A DNA stretch of 64,000 bases from NCBI RefSeq assembly GCF_006345805.1, contig NC_042997.1:160518001-160582000 (forward strand). The letters run 5' to 3'. The notes beneath the pieces are model-generated. The model saw nothing but the letters and a program-made list of their open reading frames with translations. It was not told the origin of the DNA and searched no databases. The DNA is from Octopus sinensis. Its lineage: Eukaryota. The translations under genes and the position numbers were made by a program. Numbering within the stretch: position 1 is the stretch's first letter; each line of letters begins with the position of its first letter. Below, piece by piece: positions 22,560-36,900 of the stretch.

Positions 22560-22720
22560 AACGAGAAAAAAAAACAGAAGACGAAGGCAGGTGGTGTACA
22601 AAACAAACAGATGTATTAGTATAACGCTCAGAAATAGAAATAGTTTTTTAAGTTTCGAGCCTACGCTCTTCTACAGAAAGGGACACAGAAAAAACAAGGA
22701 GAGAAACAATGAGAGAAAAA
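22560..22720 (-). repeat. Dispersed repeat with hammerhead-like remnant (second copy ~53960-54073)
   Basis: Shared AAGACGAAGGCAGGTGG...GTATTAGTAT..CGCTCAG...GTTTCGAGC; minus strand reads CTGTAGAAGAGCGTAGGCTCGAAAC. Confidence 0.55.
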
Positions 22721-22949
22721 AAAAATATATATATCATTACAGACATATTACTATATACACGGTATTTCAACCAAAACAAAAGATTCTTTACCTTTGCTTC
22801 AGTAATTATTAGATATATTAATATATTATTTAGCGTTTCAGCTTACAACAGTCCATTACTCAGAGTCACTTGCCACTGACAATGGAAGAGTTATATCACC
22901 ATCGATATTTTAATATTCTCCATTAGCTTCTGTTCACAGCTAATGTTTT

Positions 22950-25900
22950 ATCTTCTTTCCATGAAAGGTCCACTTTTCGCAGATCCCTATTAGTATTAGT
23001 CCTTGAGCCCAAAGCCCAAAATTTCTACATCGGTACCACATGGGGTGAATAATTCTTATGGTAATTCTTAACTTGCTATGTCTCTAGTTTCTATTTATAT
23101 ATGATAGCCTTGTCAGAATGGTAGCTTACTAGTAACTGCGCATCCAAGGAATGGTAAATTCACTCTCCTCGTCTAATGTCCAACAACCGTCGATGGGGCT
23201 TGGAATAAAGGGTTGGGCTTATAGATATCTTCCCCAGATGGCTGCTTGATAGTTTGCTCGAAGAGCATGCATGAACAGGCAGTCCTTATATGGAGGTAGT
23301 TCTTTCATAGAGGTAGTCCTTACATGGAGGTAGTCCTTACATGGAGGTACTTCACTCGACTCAATTTCTCCAAGTTTAGCGCAAAAGCGCTGTTACCCAA
23401 GTTTACTTACTTCAGTTGTTGAAGTACAAGGCATGTACATTTGGCAGATTATCATCTGTAGCTTTTGAAACAGTTCAGAATATTCATCCCAAGACCGCCC
23501 CAGTTCACTGAAGTCTTCTTGGAAGGTCTTGTTGGAGTTCATCTGTTTGAACTTTGTCAGCTTTCGCAGCCTGTGAAGGCATGTATGCCAATCAAAGCAT
23601 CAGAGTTGCCACCTCTCAGTTCATGACTCATTTTCGTAATGTCAAGGAATCGCGTTCTGTTCTTTGTGCCACACTTCTAGAGCACGAGATTTTGCTGCAG
23701 AACCCCAGGCATAAAATCAGAACATCAGTATCCTCAGCACTGATGACAACAGCTGTACTGCCTGACTCAGTTGTGTGAAGTGCGTGGAGCAGGAGTCGCG
23801 CATCAGCTTCTTCTTGTGATGACTTTAACTCAGAGACCTTCTCCTAAATTTCTGCCATGATCATGAAGTTGAGATCGTCATATGTTACAAAAAGATCTTT
23901 GTCCGCCCCCAAGTTTTGATCTGCATGTTGCTCCCTTCCATTCATCCACCAGGAAATTTATCAGACCTGCTTTATCGGGAGAGCTGCTGAGCAACTTACG
24001 CCACTGCTGGATAGTATGCCCAAGTGTTATGCTTCTGAACTGGATTCCTATTTCTGATTCCCTGTTAATCTTTTCTGCATTTTGTATGGACGTTTCCTTG
24101 TAAACATCAAAGACAACATCCGTACGATGACTCTGGGCTCCCCCGTGGAGAACGTGAGTCATCAATGAATCTGCGATCTGCGAGAAGGTTTTATCACTTC
24201 CTTTCAGTTTCTGGACCAAGTTCATCCTGTCGATAACTGTTGCTGACGGACTTGGAAGAATTCTTCTCCAACTCTCTAGCTAGGGATGCTTTGTTGGTAT
24301 TACGAAGATCCATCAACTTGTTGGTATTACGAAGATCCATCAACTTTTCAGTCCCATTTTAGCCATCCATCTTGTCATGGAATCTTTTAGAATACACATC
24401 AGCTTCGACATGTTCTTGTCTGAAGACATGGTATGATTCTTCTCTAAGCTTATTAGCATTCAGGAGATAATTTTCTATGTCTAGTAGTGTTCAGGTTTGA
24501 TTGGGTTTAGCCAACTTGCCTCCATGGGCTGGACAAGGGATTACACATCCGCTTCATCTTTCTTGATCCATTTACTGATTCAGATCAGTGTGGTTCAAGG
24601 ACTTGAGTTTTCTTCCATTTGACATATCTCTCAGTTGCTGCAAGGATGAGCTGCGATACTCTGAGGTTAAATAGAACGTAGCCACTGCTCCAGCTTTCGG
24701 ACTGAAAAATTTCCAGGAGTTAGTGTGTCCACCAGGAGTTTGGCTGTCCTTGTTAACCGTCGCTTCGATTGTTTAGTCCACTGGTATATATCCAAATGGA
24801 TTTCGTTCTCCAATCTGGACTGAAAAACCACCATTCATGAAGCGTGCATGGACTTCAGGATGTCCAAAATGGATTCGAGGCATCATTGTATAGTAGTAGA
24901 TCAGGAAACGAGCATAGTTCACCTTTTCATCGGAAAAACACCATGGGATCATCTCTCGGATGGAGGATCCAGTCACCTTCTCTGGACGCTCAGCCAAGTA
25001 TGATCTCCACCATGTCTATGTATGACTTCCAGAAATCCGACAGACTATACACGCACCTAAGGGATTCAAAGTAGGTTTGAAACAGCTACAAGATCCTTGT
25101 AGGGGATTCATTTCTAAGAACCTCTTGGAGGTATATCTGGTTGACGGTGCTTTGAAAGTTGCCTATAACCTTCAATGTTTCTGCTAGGTGAGGCTCATCT
25201 TCTGTATGATTGTCCTCTACTCATGGGAGAAACCCTTTCCAAGCAAGCCTCATTGATGTTTCATGCACAAGTTTGTGTACCCTGACTGCACGGTTGTACT
25301 TGCGTCCTTCCATGATCCCAGCCACTGATCCATCAGCTGTGAAACCTGATTAAACACACATATCCCTGAGCCCTGCATCTTCAAACCGCTTGCCGACAAT
25401 AGAAAGGAGGTTGCATATTGTATGGAAACCCCCATTCTGATGATTATGTTTCTATACTTGTCTTTTTTCCATACTATTTCAGCTGCCTTGGCATTGAGTG
25501 CTTGGTCAAATACACGAAAATATCATGATGAGCTGCAAGGAATCTATGATTCGAGTAGTTTGTTCCAGCACTTTATTCACAATGGACATGTCTGTTACAG
25601 GAGCATTGATAGTTGGTAGCTAGCTCACTGTGTCCTCGACAACTGTGACATCATTACGGGTCTAGATGTTGAATGCTGTCCAGTTGCTTGTTGTCTGGTT
25701 CCCTGGGTCAGACATTCGTGTCAAAAGCCAAACATGGTTCTTCCTTTCTGCATTTTCGGCCTGTTCATCACTGTCGATTTCTAGTGTCTCCGTCTTGGGT
25801 GGTCAAGCATGATGCCCAACATTTTAAATCGGTAGCAGCAATGGATAGGGATTAATGCTTCATTTCTTGGATTTGGTAACTAGAGAAACAACATTCTGTG

Positions 25901-26040
25901 GCATGGGTCCTGAAACTTTGGGCTGGACGACGATGCGCAAAAATACTTCTGTATGAGTGTTGGTGAAATTTCATAAATCTGCAAAAAGAGAACAATGCTA
26001 CCGACCTGAAAGAACTATCACATTTTTTTACACTCATATT
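22950..26040 (-). mobile_element. Degenerate large DNA transposon, probably Academ (AcademX)-like
   Basis: Minus-strand remnants NYARFLIYY, NPFGYIPVD, DVVFDVY, SSQEEADARLLLHA and EDTDVLIL (XPG/PIN-type acidic motifs), RANYQAAIW; many stops; termini not identified. Confidence 0.55.
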
Positions 26041-26599
26041 GACCCTATAAATATTTTAACTCCACTTAGGTTTATTCACTCCGGATGTTAACGCTAGCTA
26101 ACGTGACTCATGGATTATATACTTTACTAGATTATACATAATTTTCCTTTTCTCTTATTTTTCACAAAGAATGAAACCACAAGTGATTTTCAGGCACAGA
26201 ACTTTACAATAACCACAATAAAATTGTTATCAAAAGCTGTATTGAGTTTTTCTTTCTTGATATACTCGGACTAACTAAACTAGACTTACACACACTAGCA
26301 CGCACACATATGTATATATGTATGTAGATCTTTAGCTGGGATAAAAAGTCACATTCGATCACAGCACCAATAACAGTTAAGCTTCGTGCAATGGCCATAC
26401 TCGATAACGAGGGGGCGGCCATCATGTATGTATGTATCTATCTATCTATCTCACTCTCCATCTTTCTATATATATGCGTGTGTGTGGGAGAGAGAAAGAG
26501 AGAGAGAGAGAGTACATATATACTTAATGCATCTAGTAGGGTGTTTCTTCGTTAATTTCGTCAGTTAAAATAAACACAATGATATAAAGTTTTCATAAG

Positions 26600-27480
26600 T
26601 CACGTTATTCGGTTTTATATCTAGACGCAATCTAACCTAATACCACAAATCATGACCCATATACTAATAAGCATCAGACAGTGGATAAATTCATTGTAAT
26701 CCGACATAACTACATTCAAGAGGGCTGTATACCAAGAGGTAACCAACACCGTTGTGAATACAATATCCTAGAATGTGATATGGTGTAATCCATCACACAA
26801 TAACGGTATACAAAACCAGTGTTACAAAATATTTCCAATTCCTCATCAGTAAACAATTCTTGAATGGCTGTAAATATCAAAAGCTCTCCAACCAAACCTA
26901 GCATTCTGTTAAGCTATAGCTGCACAAAAGCCATATTACATATCACTAAAAACAACACTTCAAATCTTTTCTAACCAAACAGAGAGTAAAGAAAGCGTTA
27001 CACAATTGTGAAACATAGTTTTATCTGATAAAGGGCAAAATTATTGAGAAAAACATTTCATGCTTGATTATGTTTTCTTCGACAACATACCAACATGCAG
27101 TATACGTTTTCAAAGAGTCACCTTTGCCAGTATAACATTCCGTTTCATTATCTACGCCTAGGAAGCATCAGATTCTGGCAAAGTATGTTTCTTAAAAAAG
27201 CAGAATATACAGGAAAACGAGCAACATCTCATTGGTGGTTTTATATAAGACACAGGCTTTTATGAACGGATTAAAGCACTGTGATTCCTGTATTTAAGAG
27301 AAACTTCACATCATTCTCCTCCCACTTACATGAAAAAAAAGAGGGAACAGACTTTGACTTGATGCATGCCGGAATTCTTTGATAATTTCAAAGTAACTAT
27401 ATAACTCTCCAGAGCATTGACGTGGACTATGGACAACAGATCTGCCTGAAAGCAAACGCTATTCAGGGTACGTAATACCT
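26600..27480 (+). mobile_element. Highly decayed LINE RT remnant
   Basis: Only a weak GxPxG-like motif (GCIPRG) near 26725; family not determinable. Confidence 0.25.
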
Positions 27481-27945
27481 GTTTTTCTCATATCCTCTCT
27501 GTTACTTACTCACTCACTCACTAACTCGCTCTCTCGCTCACTCACTCTCTCACTCTCTCTCTTTCCCCCTCTCTCTCTCACGTACACACTTACACACACC
27601 ATAAGCATATATGCATATATGTGTTTGTATGCATATATGTATACAAACTCATATACATATATAATAATTTTAATGTGTCTATGAAATTTGCAAGTCGTAT
27701 ATCCAGTGGGTTATAGATCACTGTGTTCCATTGAATTCCAAGACTAATACTTGCGAAGAAATTATAGACAATAATGTATAGATTATAATGGTCGTACACT
27801 GCGGATAAATGTTATATGACAGAAGGGTAAGGTGTGGAAGGATTCATTTATAAAATTTACACACGCTTTTCAGTGAGAGTTACTTAAAGATCAGAGACCG
27901 TTACATAAAGACCGGCAACAGTTTAAGGATTGATAAATAGAAATA

Positions 27946-29212
27946 CAGGGGTTGGACAAAATAATGGAAACACCAAGCATCAAGCATCATAATTTTGAAA
28001 TATCTGTAAAGCCGTCAAAACCTTGTTTATTTTCATGTTCTTTATTTAATATGAGTGTTGCTTAATATGTTTTTTTTCTAAAATTGCTGGGTGTTTTTTT
28101 TACATATCATCAGAAAATAAAATTTATTAAAATATCAGATCTATAGGACTTTCAAAGACGTCAAATTGTTGGTGCTCGTATTGCAGGCGCTAGCGTAACG
28201 AAAACAGATGAAATGTTTGGTGTATCAAGAAGTACTGTCTTGAAAGTAATGACAGCTTTTGAGACAGAGGAAAAAATGCCCTCCTCCACGAAACAAAAAT
28301 CCGGAAGTAAACTAAAACTTTCAGATAGGCCATTGGACGCTTACGCGAATTGTTAGAAAAGATGACAAAAGTACTGCTCCCAAAATTACTGCAGAGCTTA
28401 ATGACCACCTCGAGAATCCAGTTTCCACAAACCTGTCCACCGGGAGCTGCACAAAGTCGGATTTCACGGGAGAGCAGCAATCAGAAAACCACTACTTACG
28501 AAACAAATGTTGCAAAGCATTTAGAGTGGAGTAAAAATGTACAGAATTGGTCCCTAGAGCAGTGGAAAAATGTTATTTTCTTGGACGAGTCATCCTTTAC
28601 TTTTTTTCGACCACCGGCCAAGTATAGGTGTGGAGACATCCAAAAGAAGTAGTTAATCAAGACTGCCATCTTCCAACTGTTAAACCGGGAGGAGGATCTG
28701 TGAAGATTTCGGGGGCTGTATCTAGGGAATCTGCCAGCTCAGTGGTTTCCCTTCATGGCAGAATTAATAGTCAAGACTATTTAAGCATTTTATATAATCA
28801 AATTCATCCTATGGTTGCGAAACTGTTTCCCGAGTGAAACGCAGTCTTTCAGGATGATAATGCACCAATTCACACAGCTAAATTCGTTAGTGACTGGCAC
28901 GAGGAACATTCTAGTGAAGTTGAACATCTTATCAGGCCACCACTGTCCCCAGACCTCAATATTATTGAACATCTATTTTGCATTTTAGAAAAACAAAAGT
29001 AAGGATTCGATAGCCTCCACCATCACTAAAAGAACCAGAGACTGTTTTAGCTGAAGAATGGACACAAATTCCTTTGGAAACAATTCAAACTTTGTAGGAG
29101 TCCATATCTTGTAGAATTCAAGCTGTAATTACTGCTAAAGGCGGTCCTACCCCATATTAAAATAAATTTGCACGAAATTTCAAGGTGTTTGCATTATTTT
29201 GTCCAACCCCTG
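27946..29212 (+). mobile_element. Full-length but degenerate Tc1 (DD34E) transposon
   Basis: TIRs CAGGGGTTGGACAAAATAATG(G/C)AAACACC with TA TSDs; VIFLDESSF, FQDDNAPIH, SPDLNIIEH motifs. Confidence 0.93.
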
Positions 29213-29229
29213 TAGGTAGACGATGTGAA

Positions 29230-30700
29230 TTCGAATGAAACACAGTACTATTCCACTGGGTGCCATTCTCCGTGTATTCAAGTATGAAGCATTTCTCTCA
29301 ATTGGAATTGCACTGACGTGCGCAGCGTACTCTGTTCTGACCGTAATGTTGAAAAAGTCTTCTTACCATTTCTTTTCAGCAGATCCTCCTAGGGTCTTTA
29401 TTTGTAACGTGACTGGAACAACAACACCAGTCATGTGTGATTTGAGATGTTTATGATTTGGGTTCGCATGTGTCCCAAGTCACCCAAGAACGGATATCTA
29501 AAGAAATGCTGTGTTAGAATCACAGTGGGTGGAATATAAATACCCTCCTTCATTTTGGAACCGGTTAATAGACTCAGAAAGGTGTTTTAGAAAAGTATGA
29601 GGGGCACATCAACTATCTGTGAAACTAGTTAGAAGTCTGGCTGTCCACAGTTGACAAGTCAGTTCTTGGAAAGTTAAAAGGCCGGTTTTAACGACATAGC
29701 GTCCTCCAGTTGATATTGGGCGGCACTTGGTATAATGAAGACCCACAATCTACCATAGAGGGACTTTGAGGAGAGAGTTAGTAGGTTCCAGTAGAAAAGG
29801 CTGAGACTTCCACTGTACCTGAGTAGGTCGCCCAGCATGGAAAGAATAAGAAATCGAACCTACACTCTAGTAGATTAAGAGAAAGATTCATGGTGACCCG
29901 TACTTGAATGGGATTGTTAAACCAAGATTGCTGCGATTCTAAACTGTTTGGGGTTGATAATGAAGTCCGAAGTGTCTGAAAATTGAGAGCAGAGGGAGCT
30001 GTCGTGGCTGTAGAGTCGTGACTAAGAAACAGAGTGTGGCGTTGTATCTTTTGGAATGTATGGCTTTTGTAGTACTAAAACCATTTCACATTGATAAAGT
30101 GCAAAGAAAGGACAGACGGCTACTGACCCAGAATGAGATGCGCGTATTAGTCGTGAAAGAATGATACAGCCAGTGTGTTGGGATGAGAGATCATTGCCAA
30201 ATTGTGACAAACCGGTGGTGCACAAAATCCCAGGGCCTGGGTTTTGAAGAGTGGAGTATCATCGGATAAAACTTTACGACATGCTATTGAGCTAATCAAA
30301 CATGTTCTGCAAGATTAAGCCAGAGATACCAGTTTGCTCGCAGTGTCCGACGAGAGAAATTTCGGGTAAGATTGAGGTATGAATAGATTTCGACGCTCAT
30401 AGCAGATATTATCCGGAGTAAGATAAATGATTTCTGCCGTCTTCGGCCAAAAAAGATTTTCGTTTTTGTTAAGAGTAGTATGAAAAAGCTACTAGCTTCC
30501 AGATCCTCGACTCTCCACGTCTACTTGAAATGTCTACCTGGGGAAGCAGCTAAAGTTCTCAGAAACTGTCTGCTTAATATAATTAAAACCAGATATGGTG
30601 TTATTATCAGAAGTATTCAAGCCGGTCGTTCTGTTAGAATTTTCCATTCTCTGGGATTACCACATTGAAAAGGCGATCTAGAATATGTGTCAAGCAACAT
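29230..30700 (-). mobile_element. Decayed CR1/Jockey-type LINE RT fragment
   Basis: Degenerate GVPQGS..P.LF..FIND-like and DDT-like motifs on the minus strand at ~30090-30290. Confidence 0.4.
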
Positions 30701-32039
30701 GTGATCCTAGCGAAATGGGATGCAGACGGTTTTTAAGCCAAACCCTCTGTAGAGCTTACAACATGCTGGAAATCACAGAGTAGTAGGGAGAAGACCATCA
30801 AATTGGTTATGTAAAGAATTTTGTCTTGTGCTCCAGCAGCAGTTTCAGTCTCACCAGGATACAGATAAGGCATCAATTTGGTCGCGAAATAATAGTGGAT
30901 TACATTCATTCTGATACATTTTTTTTATTAAACCTTGAGGAATGAGATATAATAATCGACCCGGTTGAATTTGAATTCAGAATATAAAAGAACGACGCGC
31001 TTCATCCAAAATGTTAGCGATTTTACAAAGGCATCGCTTTGTGCACCATTATAATTTTGATTTTATAATATCTGCTTAAAATTTCAAATTTATGGACTGA
31101 TTAAAGTGGACATTATCAGACTTAGCACATCATTGTATTGATCCCACAAAGTCGGACTCAGCATGATTTGAACCTAGAAGATAAAGATTCAATATTAAAT
31201 ACAGTAAATCATTTTATGTGACACTATCGTTTGTGTGTATTCGCTGCCTTAAATTGCACCACATAATTCCGAACAGAGGTACAAATCTTCAAATTTAAGG
31301 GATTTGATATAGTTAGCCATATTCTTCTCACAACTTGGCATATACTTTATTTTACCAATCAGAAATGATGGAATATAAAGTCGAACTCGGCCGAATTTGA
31401 ACTCATTCTATAGAATAGTAACTAAATTTTACTAGGGATTTTGCCGACGTTCACATGATTTTTAGGCCATTTTTTCAATAATAAATGAAATACGAAGATT
31501 ATTTGTATGTAAATTAATTAATTAATTATTATATATATAAATAATAAATAAATTAAATTTTGATGTATATAGAGTTGAAAATGTCAAGTGGAAAATGTTT
31601 CAGGCCGTTATTTTTCTTAAGTTCAGATCACACTTCAGAAATGAACTAAAATACTCCGACTCATACATTGAATTACATTCTTATTCTTATTGTGTAAGAG
31701 TACATCAAGCACAACCATGTTCAAAGTCTATAATCATTGCATTATTTTATGACGGTAGGGTCGTATTAGAGTGAAATTTGGTTTCTATAACAAGCAGGTC
31801 ATGAAACGAGTTTATGGTTTCTTTTTCATGGATATTACTACAATTTACTTGTCAATGTGTATTAGTGTGTACTCAACAAAGAATTATCTCCCTTCCACGT
31901 TCTGTCTGTGACGTTGCAGTTAATTGTGTTAAGATATCGGTTTACAAGCAGAAAGCTTTGATATGCTGCTTATTCCGCCACTCGTACTTGCGCTGCATAG
32001 AAGACCAAGGTACATAACTCTCAATTGTTCATTTCATAA

Positions 32040-32525
32040 TTAGTTTCTGTTTTATTTGTAATTCAGAATAAAACAAGGTAATTTCTCTTTAAATTTCGTT
32101 TACACCCTGAAAACTAGTTAGAAATACTATTATATGTATTTTACAACTTTTACGGTGAGATGAAACTCCAGACTACACGAAGAATGTTATCACTACACAT
32201 GATTTACATATTCACCATATATAAAGCAGAGCCAACGAAGGAGCTTCTATATGGTTCTTTGACTTGCTGCATGTTGCATCAAAATCTCTCTCGAAACATA
32301 TCATATGGCCTTAAAAACGGTTATTCGACTGTGCGATCAAATCTTAACTATCTCCGGAAAGACAGGATGGGCATGGCTATGAAAACTGCTAGTCAATCGT
32401 TTCCTCATTCTTTATTCTTCATTTTCATACATAACATATAAACATATATTGTTTATTCTTTGTTGGCAGAACTTGGTCCTTCACAAAGCACCATCAATCA
32501 ACACTTCCTTAAGCTCGGCGTCGTT
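32040..32525 (+). mobile_element. Mariner 5' remnant
   Basis: HTH-like ELGPSQSTINQHFLKLG near 32470; no complete TIR pair found. Confidence 0.4.
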
Positions 32526-33183
32526 GGTATGTGTCTGCAGAGTGTGTATGTGTGGGTGTGTTTCCGCTGAGCGCGCGTAATGTATGTATGTATGTATGTA
32601 TGTATGTATGTATGTATGTATGTATGTATGTATGCCATTATTCAGTGTATTTCAAGATTTCTTGCCAGTAGAGAAAGAACCGGTCTCTAACCTAGATCCA
32701 AGCCTCCTTCATTGGAATTTCGACATCAACAACAGGGTATTTTGTTTGTTTGTATGTATGTATGTTCACATGTATGTATGTGCATGTAGTTGCATATCTA
32801 GACATTCTCATATATATATAAATTATAAACTTCTGGAAGGTTTTACAGATTGCATGTATGTATGTGTGTAGGTATGTATGTATATGTGTGTGTATGTGTG
32901 TATGTATGTTTGGCTGCCTGCGTATTTACATAAATAGGTATATATATGCATAACTCTGGTGTTTATATGTGTGTATAACAAGTCTGGTGTGTTCTGGACA
33001 GTATCAAGCGGTGGCAAAGCGTCATGGAGTGGTGAACAGGTTTTGTTGGATTAAGCTTTGGCGGTGCAAGGAGATGAAGTAAAGAGATATTATATACATA
33101 TATACATATACATATACATACATACATGCATACATACATACATACATACACACACATATATATATATATATAATTGAATTTCT

Positions 33184-33650
33184 GCCTGGTTGTCCGTCAA
33201 AAATGAAAATAAAGACAGTAAATCTGTAGGAGTAGTCTCATTCTGGTTCAGATTCGAAACCGAATCTTTCAATTTTCCTTGGGCATACGGCCTATTCAAA
33301 CGTCAAAAGAAACCATGACAGATGAGTGTTCCCCTTTGCCTGTGGTCTTTTCAGTGGCATCACAAGTTCACTCACATATTGAGTGCCTTGAATTCAGTAA
33401 AGCTATTGTAATATATGATAGTGTCTGTTTGTTCATCAAAATGAAAGTAAAGACAGCAGAAACTGTCGGAGTTGTTTTACCCTTGCTCAGATTCGAAACT
33501 GAATATTAAAATTTTCCTTGGGCATACGGCCCATTCAAACGTCAAAATGAACATTGACAAATGCTTGTTTCACTTGACTTGTGGCCATTTCAGTGCCGTC
33601 GCACAGTCACCTGGATTCGGTAAAGCAATTTTTCTATATGATATAGCTAT
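33184..33650. repeat. Diverged ~240-bp direct duplication
   Basis: Units start at ~33184 and ~33423 and share CAGATTCGAAAC, TTTTCCTTGGGCATACGGCC.ATTCAAACGTCAAAA. Confidence 0.7.
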
Positions 33651-33954
33651 TCTTCTAGATTGTTGGTTCAGATATAAATATAAAAACTTCTTTGAGATAA
33701 GCATAGAGAATCTGACACTGAAGCGAGGCGTAGAACACGTACACATAGAACTTGACGGGGAAACAAAAAGCATCGACACACTCAGAAAAAGATACTTCAC
33801 ATCAACAACATGCATTCCGACTTAGTAAAACTTTTTTTTATAACAGAACGTGTTGCATTCCTGTAATATAGCGTAGGAAATTCAGCGCTAACACTGACAG
33901 GACACAGCATTTATAATTCAATTTGATTATAACAAACTCATATTCCTTATCAAA

Positions 33955-36900
33955 AATGTCTCATAAAAAAAGGATCGTCAGAAAACAAACACCAAAGAAA
34001 CGCACGACGTGCAGCAGAAAACGGAGGTGAGAGACATGCACGGCTTGCAAATGATCGACAAAGAAAGAAACCGAACATCAAAGAAATGCACGACTTGCAG
34101 ATAGCCAACAAAGATAGACAGCTCGACGTGCAGCAGAACACGGAAACGAAAGAAACGTACGACTTGCAGTTGATCGTCTTCGAATAGCATCACATTGTAT
34201 GCAAGGAACACCACAAGACACTGCAAACAGACGTAGGTCACATCAGAAATGGCATCTTGCTGCTTTCAGCTACAACCCCAATCATTGCTAAGAATTCTAC
34301 ATTGGCTGAAAGTTTCATCAATGCTATTACAAATGTTTTAACTGGACCACCTTGGTTATGCTGCAGGAGGGGGGAAATTATGTTACCATTTTTTCCTAAC
34401 CCTCCTGAAGAAAAGGAAATATTTTCTTCATGGAACTTCACCCTATTCAAAGAATTTTCTACAAAAAATACAACACTATAATAATGTTTTCTAAATGACC
34501 TCATTTGGAACAAATATTGTGAATGAGGGAGGATTCATGCTCACATTCAAACTCCAAGGGCAAGTATATCATCGAATTGGTAGCATTTTACCATTAGAAA
34601 ATGAAGACTATGAATTTTTGCAAGTTTCTTTCATTAACAATATGCAAAACAAAGGGCAGATGAAGGGCTTCACTTAGATATAATACAACAACTTCAACAA
34701 ATGCTTCATAACAATAATTATTATGTCAGGAGTTTCAAATGTAACCTTGATAATACAAAGCAGAAATTTTCAATTGGTGATCAATTCTGATGAATAGCCC
34801 CCAACTGGGCACTCACAGCGTTTCAATGCACCAGAAACTAATGAGGTTGCTATAATTTTAGCAGGTGAACAAACTGCAAAAGGGGATATAATTATAAGGT
34901 GTAGAGATTGTTCCATTTAACGATTCAGTGATACACATCGCTCTGCAGTACCCGTTGATGTTCTATAGTACCCGTTTCTTTTTCCATGTGGAACAGATGG
35001 ATATCACTTTGGTATACCTCAGGAAGAAGACAATTCTGCAAAAACTGTATCATGTATAGATTTTTATGCATTTCATCATATGATGAAACCCTTCAGATTT
35101 TATTTATTGTATCGAAGGAGGGATTTATCTCAACAATTTGTTGTTGACATGTATACCAAGATTGAATCAGAAAGACTCACCTATGTAAGAGCACACTCAA
35201 AAGAACTTTGGTTCGCTTCATGCATTCACTTACGGGACAGCATAAAGAATGATGGGTATCGAAATAAACTGGGGCAATTATGCATCCTTCCATCGAGCTT
35301 CCCAAGTGGACCCCGCTATATGCATGAAAGAACACAAGATGTCATGACATATGTAAGAAAACATGGTAGATCAGATTTATTTATAATTTTTACATGCAAC
35401 CCAAAATGGCCTGAAATATAAGAGGAACTCTTTCATGATCAAGGAGCACATCATAGACATGATTTCATAGCACGGGTTTTTCACTTAAAATTAAATAAGA
35501 TGATGTACCTCTTTTCAAAGTCATATATCTTTTGGGGAAGTTCGCTGTTCCATGTATACAATGGAATGGGGGAAAAGGGGATTGCCTCATACCGGTATTT
35601 TACTTTGGTTATGCACAAAAATTAACTCAAATCGAATTGATTCTATAATTTTGGCCAAATTCCTGATCTTGCCATTGATCGAACATTCTATGACATCGCG
35701 ATAGCTCATATAGTTCATGGCGCTCGGGGTGCACAAAACCTTCAGTTACCATGCATGAAGGAAGGGGAATATCCAAAGAATTTTGATTATCACTCTCAAT
35801 TTAGCAACGATGGATATCCCACGTACAGAAGAAGGAAAGCAGAAGATGGAGGAGAGCGAGCCAAAGTTGTAAATCGTGAAGTAGACAATCGATGGGTAGT
35901 TCCTTACTGCCCATTTCTGTCAAATACTTTCAATGCTCACATCAATGCAAAGTATTGTAACTCCATGAAGAACATAAAGTATGTATACAAATACATAGGT
36001 AGAGGTAGTAATGCTGCTCCTTTCGCCATTCAAGGAATCACTAACGACGAAGTTTAAATAATAACAATTAGGGAGATATTATAAGCAGTAATGAGGCCAG
36101 AAGGCGCATATTTGGATTCCCAATTCACGAAAGGCACCTTGCCATACAGCAACTTTCTGTGCATTTAGAAAATGGTCAAAGGATTTACTTCACTCTTGAG
36201 ACAGCTGAAAATCAAGTTTCAAATCCAAAGGATATCACGAGGTTTCTTCTTATTACACATGGAGTAATAATAAATGGAAGAGACACAAAATAGGTAAAAA
36301 GGTTCAAGGTCATTCTGTGATTAAGTTTGATACAACAGTTGGTAGAGTATATACTATACATCCTAACGAAAATGAATGCTTTCGACTCAGGATGCTTCTT
36401 CGTGTAAAAAAGGGAACAACTTCATAGGGAAGGTTGAAAAAAGTTGATGGTGAAATTTACAGAACATATCGAGAAACGTGTTTGAAGTTAGGTTTGCTTG
36501 CAACACGGGAAGAAGTTAGTTTCAATATCAAAAACACCAAAGAGTTTAAGAGGTATTTTTGTTATTATTCTCAAACATTGTGAAATGAGTGATCTTGAAC
36601 TGTGGAATAAGTTCAGAAATAATTTTGCTGAAGATTTCAAGCACTAACTTCAGTTGAGTAATCCTGAGCAAGATATTGGTTTCCCTAATGTTATATACAA
36701 TGCTGCTTTGATTGAAATAGAAGATCAAAATATATCGATGGGAAAATGTATTTCTCCCACTAACTAATAGAGTGGACCTTAACATTCTGTCCAATAGAAT
36801 AATGAGGGAAATGTTCTATGATATGGAGGAACTGGCCATGTACATAAATTGTAATCTTACCAAGCTTCTACCCGATCAACGGCGTGCATTTTCCAGTCAT

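Noticed and set aside
26820-26855. Minus-strand CTGATGAGGAATTGGAAATAT as a hammerhead
   Set aside because: Stem II does not pair and no convincing stem I was found.
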